Assembly: GCA_951406725.2 (NCBI GenBank)
Contig: OX597815.1
Span: 85,436,001 to 85,500,000 of the forward strand
Reading direction: 5' to 3'
DNA length: 64,000 bases
Source: Octopus vulgaris
Taxonomy: Eukaryota
Shown: one piece after another, positions 53,221 through 64,000 of the stretch
Layout: every line of letters begins with the position of its first letter
Numbering within the stretch: position 1 is the first letter of the stretch
Translations under genes and position numbers: made by a program
The notes under the pieces: model-generated
Databases searched by the model: none
What the model saw: the letters and a program-made list of their open reading frames with translations, nothing else
What the model was told of the DNA's origin: nothing

Positions 53221-53426
53221 GTTTCTGTCTATGTTTCTCTTTTTCCCGTTCTTTTTTCCTCTCTCTGTCTCTTTCTCGCTGTAAATATTCAGTTTGTAAA
53301 TTGTTCATACTAAGTAATTTCTGACCGACTAATAGAAAAAGAAACACCCACAGTTGGACGAAGACAACAAGAATTACTTTTAAAACAATTACTTTTAAAA
53401 CAATTATGTTTATAGTAATTAATTAC

Positions 53427-53528
53427 CTTGAGATCTCGTTCTCAGCTCATTCTGATCTTCTTTAGTGGAAGCATAAACGGCTCCTCCGTCAATATAAGCC
53501 GAAATCTGGTTCACCTGTTCTCGAAAAC
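53427..53528 (-). CDS. Heme peroxidase exon (calcium-binding loop region)
   Basis: gttttag|GTTT...CAAG|gtaatt; 102 nt, phase 1->1; GFREQVNQISAYIDGGAVYASTKEDQNELRTRSQ. Confidence 0.93.
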
Positions 53529-53907
53529 CTAAAACAAATTGCATAAAACCAATACTAAACGAAGTTTTTTAATAAGTAACTGTTCAAAATGAAAGCTATT
53601 TTAATCTTGCAGAATAGTTATAAAATGTCGAATTTTTCCTGATTTTTCTCTGAATCTCCTTTTCTTTGATCATTGTAAGATAAAGTATTGAATTTATATT
53701 GCAAATATTGAATATAATATAATTTGTATTGGGTTTTTAAAGGAATAATGTTATTTAAATTAACTTTGATATACAAAAAAAAAAAAAAATCAATTCAAAA
53801 TTGATAAAAGAATTATGCTCTTTGGAATTGCTTCATGTGATTCACATACACATTCGGAGAAATACACGTTGCATTTCACATATTTAAAGTAATAATCGCG
53901 TGCTTAC

Positions 53908-54014
53908 CGAAATTACATTTAGAATTTGGTGATTGCATAGAACGGACAAAATTTAAACAAGTTTTCTTGAAATGCCTGTCATTTGATGGAATTGGAATAG
54001 GAAAACACGATTCT
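53908..54014 (-). CDS. Heme peroxidase exon
   Basis: atctag|AGAA...TTCG|gtaagc; 107 nt, phase 2->1; ESCFPIPIPSNDRHFKKTCLNFVRSMQSPNSKCNF (C-x-PI-x-IP-x-x-D...C-x-x-F-x-RS motif). Confidence 0.93.
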
Positions 54015-54783
54015 CTAGATTTAAATGAAAAAAAAAAAATAACAAACAATAGCTAAAAATAGAAATCATATTTGAAAACAAATCACAGAAATTAAAATCA
54101 TGGATGAATTATAACTGAAAAACAAAACGAAATAAAAAAACAAATGCATTTCTTATAGAGTTAATGAAAGCCACTTCGCTGTATGTATCTTCGCTAGAGT
54201 GATCACCTGGCAAATAATAAATACGTGATTCAAATCAAGTCACTGACATTATTTTTTTAATGGCGATGAGTGATGGATTCAATAGAGCGCGGGACCAAAT
54301 GTGCCGAACTATCATATAATCATACTGTACTCTAGTGAAAGCAAAGGAAAAAAAACCAACTTTGTATGGTTGCTGGTAGAAGACCAAATAAAAGAAAAAT
54401 AGAAAAGAAACAAAAACAGCATATCGATTGAACCCCGTGCTATCTGGAACGTGACATGCAATATTTTCCCTCAGGATGTTGAGGTATATTCGGCGATGTA
54501 TATCTCGGGCAACTTTAGCAAGCATTTATAGCCAGACTTTCGGTGTTTGAATAACTTCCTCACTTCCTCCATGATTCTCAGAACCCCTGCAGAAAATGGT
54601 ATGCGTGTTTGCTGTTTCTTTTTTAACTGTACCATAGTTAAACTAATACCAGGGTATCAGAGTTAGGAATGGTCAATCCCATATTAGAGTCCATCAATCT
54701 CCTCCCGGATTACCATTGGATTTGGACACTGTTTCTGACTATGAACTACGTAAGATGTCTGTTGTTCTGTGCTGAAGTTTCCC

Positions 54784-54848
<65 letters not shown>

Positions 54849-55232
54849 TATTTTCCTTACATACGAAGGATTTCCAACTCTGTTATTTACGATAAGGTAG
54901 ACTGATTTAGTAAAAGTTAAGCAACTTTTCTTATAGACGCAGTTCACATTATGTGAGGGTGATATGAAGGACTGGCATTTCAACCAGTAAGTCAACGACT
55001 TGACTGCTGCCCTGTTACCTCTTTTTTCTCTCCGTATTTATATGGTGTGTCAAGAGTAAATCCTTTTTGTGGAGCTCATCTCCAGTTATTGATAACAGCT
55101 GGATATCGCTGGTTGTGAAATAAGTAAAATAAAAAGAGAATTCAAATTTGCATCACAGATTCTACCTAACTTCATTTTCTATGATGCCTAAAAGAATGTT
55201 TTAACCAATGCCGAATGCGCTTTATGTGTTAC

Positions 55233-55317
55233 CTATTTCTAAGATCTACTTCTAAACGTTTTCGGACATCCTCAGGAATATCATCAATACAGCAAGATAT
55301 GTCGGCATGCTGAAAAC
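55233..55317 (-). CDS. Heme peroxidase exon
   Basis: catttcag|GTTT...ATAG|gtaac; 85 nt, phase 1->2; GFQHADISCCIDDIPEDVRKRLEVDLRNR; phases match both neighbours. Confidence 0.85.
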
Positions 55318-55494
55318 CTGAAATGAAACAAAAGTGAAGTGAAATTAAAATAAGATATAGAGTGAATAAACTGAGTGCGAATATTAATTCTATTCTATTC
55401 TGAATAGTTTTTTCGCAAATCAGCAAAAGATTTATTTACCAATTTCTATACCGGAACAAACATTTTTGGCTTAGCTCTGGACTCCAGAGTATTC

Positions 55495-55538
55495 TGTCAC
55501 TGAAGCGACCAAATCAAGTTGAAACACCGTGGCTGGAG
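55495..55538 (+). ncRNA. Degenerate hammerhead-like motif, same family as 48853
   Basis: UCA-CUGAAGC-GACC-aaauca-AGUU-GAAAC-accgu-GGC-UGG, followed by the shared GATCCAC. Confidence 0.45.
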
Positions 55539-56722
55539 ATCCACGGGCGTTTTGATTGAAGCACTGTATTTTTTAACACGCAAGTTTCTTTGAGAAATTT
55601 GTTTTGAGGCAAAATGTTACAGCTGGTTCTGTTTTTATACACACTATAAATGTTATACATACCGGTATTTTAATCTAAGAGTGATTCAAGTGCATGTATT
55701 AATTTAATCCATCTAAATTTCGACCCATTATGGCAATGTTTCCAGGACTTGTTAAAAAAGGTGAGTGTATAATATAGTTTAAAGGGAAGCGAAAAAACTG
55801 TATTTTATAACTTGGGTAGAGAGAATTGTCAAAAAAATCAAGATACAAATGAAAATTAACGTAAAATTGGGGTCAGAAATGATATATCTGATAAGAGCAA
55901 CAGAACTCCGACAGATGACTAACTGGCAGACACTGATAAGGGATAGGTAACATTTTCCAATTGAGATCGAGTATCTACGATGCTTGTAAGATTTAAGGTG
56001 GTACATAAACCGGATAAAAACTTTATATAACTTACAGTCCGGGTTGATTGTTCCCCCCACCATGTTTGATAAAATAAGTGCAAAATATATACTGAAGGGT
56101 CAATCAATTTTTCATTAAAAATCAGTGACTGTGATAAAATGCAGCAACAAATGATGTAAAGTAAGGAGTAATAATGGGTGATAAAGTCAACAGTTCGATT
56201 TTACGCAGCCAAACGAATTTAAGTTCTCTTGCATTGCTTATTAAAAAACATGAAAGCCTTTTTCCCTATTTTCCCTTTCTCACACTTAGCTAAAAAATCA
56301 TGCGTTTTGTCAAAAAGAAACCAATACATATTTTTTTATTTATATTTTATTTACAGGCTTCGAAAGAAAAGAACAATTCCACCTGAACAGAATTTGTATT
56401 AGAGTGACAGAACTAGCGCGGTGCTCCACCGTTTTTGTTAACTTAGTCTGGAATTTGTGTTAAAAAATGCAGTATGTGAAATTAATGCTTCATAAAAATT
56501 TCCATTGAATCATTAGGTAAAACAACTTTTAATTAGATAACATACAATGGTTTATTAACTAATTCTAAAACGTAATTACTTAATTAACGAATTATTTTTG
56601 TTTTCTTTCAAAATACAAGATTTAATTGCTAACAAACAAAGTCTGAAATGGGAGTAATAATATTGAGAAAGCATACACAAACTGTAACAAAAGTAGGATG
56701 ATTCTCTGCCATAATAATATAT

Positions 56723-56957
56723 ATTTCTTTACTACTCACAATGGGCTAAACATAGAGGGGACAAACAAGGACAGTCAAAGGGATTAAGTCGATTACATCG
56801 ACCCCAGTGCGTAACTGGTACTTAATTTATCGACCGCGAAAGGATGAAAGGCAAAGTCGACCTCGGTGGAATTTGAACCCAGAACACGTGACAGCAGACG
56901 AAATACGGCTACGCATTTCGCCCGACGTGCTAACGATTCTTCCAGCTCGCCGCCTTT
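56723..56957 (-). mobile_element. First-family SINE with ~21-bp TSD
   Basis: TTCTCTG(C/T)CATAATAATATAT on both sides. Confidence 0.85.
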
Positions 56958-57966
56958 CTCTGTCATAATAATATATTTAATAAAAGTGACAAGCTGAATC
57001 TGTAATGCAAGTTCGATACTCGATTGATGCGTTTCTTTTGATTAATTTCTGTATCTGTCATTTCAACCAGCCGTCAATACATGGCAATAGGTTGACTTGA
57101 TATGGTATATTTTGGTGAAGGTGAAGCCTTTGATAATGATTCAACCCTCGATTTCATTAACTATTGCAGAAAATTTTCGTGTGCGAACCCACAACGAAAT
57201 AGCAAACTGTTTCTAAGATTTTTTCCAAATCTATTAACACTTGCTGATAGCTACCAGATGTTGATTTCGGCTAGTATATATCTCACTATCACTTTCGTCA
57301 CTCGCCGTTCCATGTAAGTGGTTCAACTTTAAGAGTTCAATTTTTTTTACGTGGCACCTATGGAAAGAGTTGTTTACTATAGCCTTAAATCGATTCAAGA
57401 CTTGTGAGTTAAATCAGAATGATGGAAACTGTGTGGCAGGATATCAGGTGGACAAGATCTACAGTTTAAGGATCAGCATTGTTATACACCGTGCTACTTT
57501 GATTCTTTCTTAAGATTACATTAAGGATACAAACGTCGGTAGAATGCTCAAGTATAATTGAGAAGTAATTCTTTTGATCAAATATTGGAATCTTTATTCA
57601 TTGACGCTGACGAAATATCCTTTATATTCATACAAATACATAAACCAATACATAAATCTACAGCTTAAGAGACAAAGGAGTTTCTGGGTGGTAACTCGAC
57701 CTACTATAATGAACAATTTTATTTCACACAAACTATTTCCTATCTTAGACATTCTCGACTGAGATTACATAGAAGCAAAAAATCTACAGTATATGTTGCA
57801 TAGTAAATGATAATTCTTTTATCAAGTCATTGTAGCTCACAACTTCTACACTTTCTTATAGAATCATTTACACTAGCCGTGCCAAGCGCCGAGTGTTACG
57901 GAGTATGGCTCACACACACACACGCGCGCGTGCATGCGAGCACTTATAATCATAGATTATGCTTAC

Positions 57967-58146
57967 CTGTGTCTACAGGTGTATTCGTAATATCATGGTC
58001 AATGAATTGTCCCCATTGCATCACCATATGGGAAACAAACGGGTTTCGTGTATTTTCCGAGTCTGCTTCATGAATTGTAGTACTGACCAACCGCGCACTG
58101 GGTAAGGGATTGCCAAACACTCCCAGAGTTCTTGGTGATGATACAC
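57967..58146 (-). CDS. Heme peroxidase exon with distal His
   Basis: ctcttag|GTGT...ACAG|gtaagc; 180 nt, phase 1->1; GVSSPRTLGVFGNPLPSARLVSTTIHEADSENTRNPFVSHMVMQWGQFIDHDITNTPVDT; WGQFIDHD is the distal Gln/Asp/His motif. Confidence 0.95.
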
Positions 58147-58496
58147 CTAAGAGAAAAAAGCAACAACAAAAACAACGATAATGATTTACAAACTAGGTAC
58201 AAAGTTACAGATTCATAGAAATGACCACAGCCGATTTAATTGACTCCATTTCTTCACTGCTACTTTATTTTATGGACTCCAGAAGAATCAAAGGTGAAGG
58301 CCTGAAGAAAATTCTAACTTGGCCCCCACCTGCAAAGTCATGCGTTGTTTATTTTGATATTAGGGCATCATGTCATGCACATATAGTTGTGATGCATATG
58401 CCTGGTGTACCCTTATCAGAAGGGTAGTCATGATGGATACATTGGGCTTCGTATATTTGTGCCCCAGCGTACGTTGATGTCCTGCTTTCTCACTCA

Positions 58497-59205
<709 letters not shown>

Positions 59206-59239
59206 TAACAACAACAACAACAACAATAATAATAATAAT

Positions 59240-59600
59240 AAGTAAAATTTTCTCTCTCGACTAGGAAAAATTATAGTATGAGCTAGAGACCAACTACCTT
59301 GAATAAAATGATTTAGATAACAAAAGAAAAAGATAAAAATACGGACTGAATGAAAACGGAATTAAAAAATATTCTGTGACCGAAATAGAGAGAAAAATTA
59401 TTCTATGGCCGACATCCTGCAAGATTCAGCAGAGAGGAAGTATGCCAGAAGAAAATCTAGCAATGAATGAAATACTTTAGCTAAAACTTGATTTTTGTTG
59501 CACAGGACCAAATCCGAGCCACGAAAAACGACAGATATGAAATAATATATAAATAAAAAATAATATTAAAATCAAGTAAAGACTATGCGACCAATATAAT
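59240..59600 (+). mobile_element. Highly decayed R4/Dong-like fragment
   Basis: EKLFYGRHP...FVAQDQIRATKN resembles EKPLYSKYP...IAAQDQCLPTRNY of the 29875 ORF; follows a TAA array. Confidence 0.45.
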
Positions 59601-62340
59601 GAGACAGTTGGCTATCTCATTTATGGCTGCCTAGTCATTGCAAAGTCCAGATATATTTATAGATACGGAGGAGCAGGCAACATACAGACACTTCGAAGTG
59701 AAAATAAGAAAATACATAAACATGTAGCAAACACGAGACATGACAACGACTTTACAATAATCTATTTTTAATCTCTTTTAATTGTTGTATTTGAAGAGAG
59801 CGGCAGTGCCCATGCTTTTACAGGCCCTCCGAGATTCATACACATACCACAAGACCGCAAGTGCAGAAACCGAATTGTTTTCATACTCCAACTCTCTACA
59901 TCAACTTGTTTCATCTCCTAAACACAATCCTAGCCAATATACAAAACACTTCAAACGCTCTTGATCTATTCCTCCCCTCTAGATCTAACCGCATTCGGGC
60001 CGTAGCTGTTTGTGTCTATCAGGTCGTCTGACTATTGTTGCATCGCAACTACCCATCACGTATTTGCTTATTAACCGACGCTTCTACCGACAAAACTTAC
60101 ACTAATTTAAGTCAACTTATTGGTCGGAGCTCTGCTAGTTTTAAGCTAACTGTTCTTGGGAGCCAATGTGCCAAACAGTTTGACGTATCTTAAGCATATT
60201 CCTACACAATAAAACACAATTCCCCCTGCTCCAAGTAGTTCACTCATAACTGCGCCACAGCCGTTCAGGTACAAAATAAGGCCCACAATGATTGGAGAAA
60301 CTGGGTGGTGCATGACCAAGGCTTCAATTTTTTCTAGACCTTTCTCCGGACAACAAAAGCTGCATCCAAGTATCAAACGCCTTTCAAGTTTTTTCAACCG
60401 CAGTGAATCCTATTGATCTCTAGCCAAAAAGATCCCTACAAACTTTGTACAATTCTCTTTTCTTCTACTTTTCAGCCATACTGACTGTATAAGGCCCTCA
60501 TAGAGAAATCCTTTCGCCTTCGCTATGTACTTTGCACACATTCGATGATTCTCCGCCAAAGTTATCTCTTTTCATCATGTTGGTCTCACTCCTTGCACTA
60601 GCTATTTAATGAAACAATATAAAAGCTAAGCTTTCACTGTTTTCAAGAATCAAAGGTATATCACTCTTTTCATGTCTTTGATGAATATAATAGGCAAGGA
60701 TATACTGTCGTTTGTGATATACTTTTTTCTGCTTTTTTTCTTTACTTTTCTTGGAACTGATCTGGGTTCATTTTGCCTGTTTCGTAAAGTTAGCAAAGCT
60801 GTAGTTGCTTTTTGCTGCTAAAGTAATTAAAAGGATGATAGATCTGTAGAGTCGGTAGAACATCGAACGAAATGTAGTGACTCGCTACGTTATGAATTTA
60901 AACCTACCGAAGTCAATTTTCTCTTAGTCCTCCGGTGTCGATAAAATATAATACCTTTTAGATGGCATCAACTAACACCTTCCCGTCAAAAATTAGAAAG
61001 CATGATAAATTTTAATTAGTCACCAGACCAGTTTTGGGACAGAATACAAAGACTACTTTACTAAATACCGTGAAGCATCTAGTTTGGTGTTCAGTAACTC
61101 AACTTCGTCCACTGCTTTTATAACAAAACATTTATTTTTATTTAGTGCAGACCAATTTTTTTATGTGATGAATACGGTTGCTTGAATTGACCGGCAGCTT
61201 ATTTTGTGAAAAATACTTTTATTGATTATTGATCTAAGGATTTCATGGAATGGTGACCCTAGTAAGAATTGATATCAGGACTATGAGGTACTGACGTTTG
61301 AATATTGTGAAAACTCAAGTTCAACCTTTTCCGTTTGTACCGATTCCATTACCCAAGGGATAGCAACAAAATTCTAATGTTTAAACAGAAAAGCAAAGCT
61401 TGCAGAAGAGAGTCAGCGCAAATTGTTCTTTCACGATTCCTGTAAGAAATTTCTTACGAATTGATCGAACGGCGTTTGCTATTTTTTAGAATTTGCTTCG
61501 AGTCTCACTAGCAACAATCCCTGATTTTCTGACTCTTTGTTCTTAGGATGACTTGGTGAAGCATAGAAAGATGTGTAAATACGAAATGTATTCGATAGAA
61601 GATGTATCTCATCAACATCGGAGGTATGAATGGCGAAGTTGATCATCATGACATTTAAATCAAGTAGAGAAAAAGAAAATGTTGGATCTCTCATTTTAGC
61701 ACGTACCTATTTGCAAGGTAGACCGAGCAGCCTGTCTTGACCATGGACACGGCGCAGGGTTGGTGGTAGCCTATAAACGGATTATACTCTCGGCTGATAA
61801 ACTGATAACTTTTGGATTTAATCTTCTGCAGCTAACATGTTTGTTCCACGAGACGATCTTGAAGAAATAAAAACATACACAGATGCGTGCGCGCACACAA
61901 TCTCTGTATGTATCTCCCTCTCTCACTCATACGCACACACATCTTATAATAATTCTGCTTGTCATTGAGTTTATTAGCCTGTTGGTAATGCTTTCACGTT
62001 ATTAGAGAAAAAGAGGGAGAAAGAAAAGAGAGAGAAAGAAAGAGAGAAAAGAGAGAGAGAAGCGTCCATGACGTGAGATAGAAGGAATGTAATTGTAACG
62101 CTTTCACGCGATTAGTTGAAGGGAAAGAGAGGAGAAAGAAAGAGAAAAAACGAGGATAAGGCGAAGAGTTAAACAAAAAGAGAGAGAAAGAAAAAGAACG
62201 AGAGAGAAGCGTCCATGACGTGAGGTAGGGCGAACGTAATATTATTACTTGGTCAAAAAAGTTAGTTTAAGGTAGAGGAGAGTTAAAATATAATTTTAGC
62301 CGAAGGGTGATGTTCTGATGGTGAGATTAAAGAAAGGCAT

Positions 62341-62390
<50 letters not shown>

Positions 62391-63005
62391 TGTGTGTGTG
62401 TGTTGAGAAGGGAAAGAGAAAGAGAGGGGAGAGCGAGGTGATGATGATGGTGGCGGTGGTGGTGCTGAGTGAAAAGTGAAAAGTGTATTTTTTAAAATTT
62501 AACTAAGTTTTTTTTATATCACCTATCACTTAACACATGCGCCTAAGTGCAATTCTGTGAAATATTCACGCTTATTTACTTGGCACATATATGCAATTTA
62601 ATTAAATGTTGTATCATATGTACAGGATATTGTTTTTGTTTACGAGGAAAAATGGAAAAATAAGAGGAAAGATTTTATGAGTGCTGTGTATTAAGTCTAT
62701 AAAATTGTGCATAAAGTATATAAAGTGTATATGTAAAGTGCATTAAGTAATCATCGTATTTCAATTTCTTTCACTTTTTAATGAATAGCAGATGAGTGAC
62801 TATCTTTCTACACAGACACAATGCAGGCTACACGTTCAGGTTTTTTTTAGATAAAATTTTCAGAAATAGCCCAATAGGTTTATCCTTAATTCCACGAAAT
62901 ATTCACGGGTTCAGTTAGTACACATAATGTTTTTGAAAGAAAATATTATAGAATTGAGAATTCAAAGGGATTTTGATAAATTTTAGGGAATTAAAAAGGA
63001 TTTAC

Positions 63006-63214
63006 CGTCATCATACCACGGTGAAAGGAATCGCTTCAATGGCATACCAGCTTTGCCCCACAAAGGTTTCTGGAGATTGTTGCAAGAACCATCAGCCTCT
63101 CTGAATTTAGAGTTAGGACTACATCGGGGAGTACGGAATGGACAGCGAAATTCAGGCTGTGGAACATCACTTAGTTCTGGAAGTATGCTCAGCTCCTTTT
63201 TGGTAAGACCAAGC
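63006..63214 (-). CDS. Heme peroxidase, first exon in window (gene continues 5' beyond window)
   Basis: tatag|GCTT...GACG|gtaa; 209 nt, phase 2->1; LGLTKKELSILPELSDVPQPEFRCPFRTPRCSPNSKFREADGSCNNLQKPLWGKAGMPLKRFLSPWYDD(G) carries the animal-peroxidase R-x-x-DG-x-CNNL...WG...R-x-L-x-P-x-Y-x-DG motif. Confidence 0.9.
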
Positions 63215-63215
63215 C

Positions 63216-63340
<125 letters not shown>

Positions 63341-63344
63341 TAAT

Positions 63345-63645
63345 ACACTGAATATTTTGCAACAAGTATGGACTTGACAGCAGAAAAGTGGTACGAACAT
63401 AAACCCGAAGGCATCATCGAAAATGATAATGCAAAGATCCTATGAGATGTTATGATTCAGTGTGACCATGAGATAGAGAGTAGGAAGCCAGACGTAGTAT
63501 TAACTAAGAAAGAAAGCAAACGGTGCTGGATCATAAGTATAGCATACACAGCTGACAACAAGGTACACGATAATAATGAAGAAAGAAAAGTCGATAGATA
63601 TGACAGGTTAGCTTGGGAGGTTAAGCAGTTGTGATCGCCGAAAAA
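63345..63645 (+). mobile_element. R4/Dong-like REL endonuclease fragment
   Basis: KWYEHKPEGIIENDNAKIL*DVMIQCDHEIESRKPDVV...KVDRYDRLAWEVKQL. Confidence 0.8.
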
Positions 63646-63649
63646 GGAA

Positions 63650-63846
63650 CTCCTGGAGTAATGTATGCGTGGCTGGCTTGCTGCCTGCAGCCTACAGTAC
63701 CATGCTACCCGTTCTTTTCAACTGTCAAATGCTTTTCTGATTATTCTGGTCGTGCCGAGGAGGCAAACCTTTTGCAACAGTTCTACTGGGCACTCTATTC
63801 TGATACTGTCCTCAAAGACCCCACAATAATTGGCACTATTTTTATC

Positions 63847-63847
<1 letters not shown>
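63650..63847 (-). mobile_element. R4/Dong-like ORF C-terminus and 3' UTR, inverted
   Basis: KIVPIIVGSLRTV...VELLQKVCLLGTTRIIRKAFDS* is homologous to TIPVVIGALG...EIQKIVLMGTAHILRK. Confidence 0.7.
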
Positions 63848-63901
<54 letters not shown>

Positions 63902-64000
63902 GAGTGAGAGAGCAGTGCATGCCATCAAAGTGACATTGGGGTAAAATATACGAAGCCCAGTATACCCATCATAACTACCCGTCTGATAAGGGTACACCAG

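Noticed and set aside
59960-60600. GC-richer stretch with an 83-aa ORF
   Set aside because: No recognisable motif or splice pattern; probably decayed transposon but unassignable by eye

Overview
AT-rich, microsatellite-dense animal genomic DNA. The SINE families, repeat landscape and gene type point to an octopod cephalopod (inference). The only host gene is the 3' part of a minus-strand animal heme peroxidase (peroxidase-cyclooxygenase superfamily). I traced 11 GT-AG exons between 63214 and 20052 with consistent phases (2041 nt, about 679 aa; the 5' end lies beyond the window). The protein keeps the catalytic motifs and ends in an Arg-rich TSP1-like module. The rest is transposon debris: RTE, L1/Tx1, CR1 and R4/Dong-like LINEs, Penelope-like remnants, several tRNA-derived SINE families, mariner, hAT, MITEs, and Helitron/Helentron-like pieces. 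Most notable: (1) at least eight type-I hammerhead-ribozyme-like folds from several repeat families, mostly next to (TA)n tracts; (2) a 53-nt inverted copy of a peroxidase exon in a downstream intron, a candidate ADAR editing-complementary sequence; (3) a 1.19-kb near-perfect intronic palindrome with an 8-bp TSD; (4) a splice acceptor whose upstream tract is a pure trinucleotide microsatellite. All alignments and folds were done by eye.
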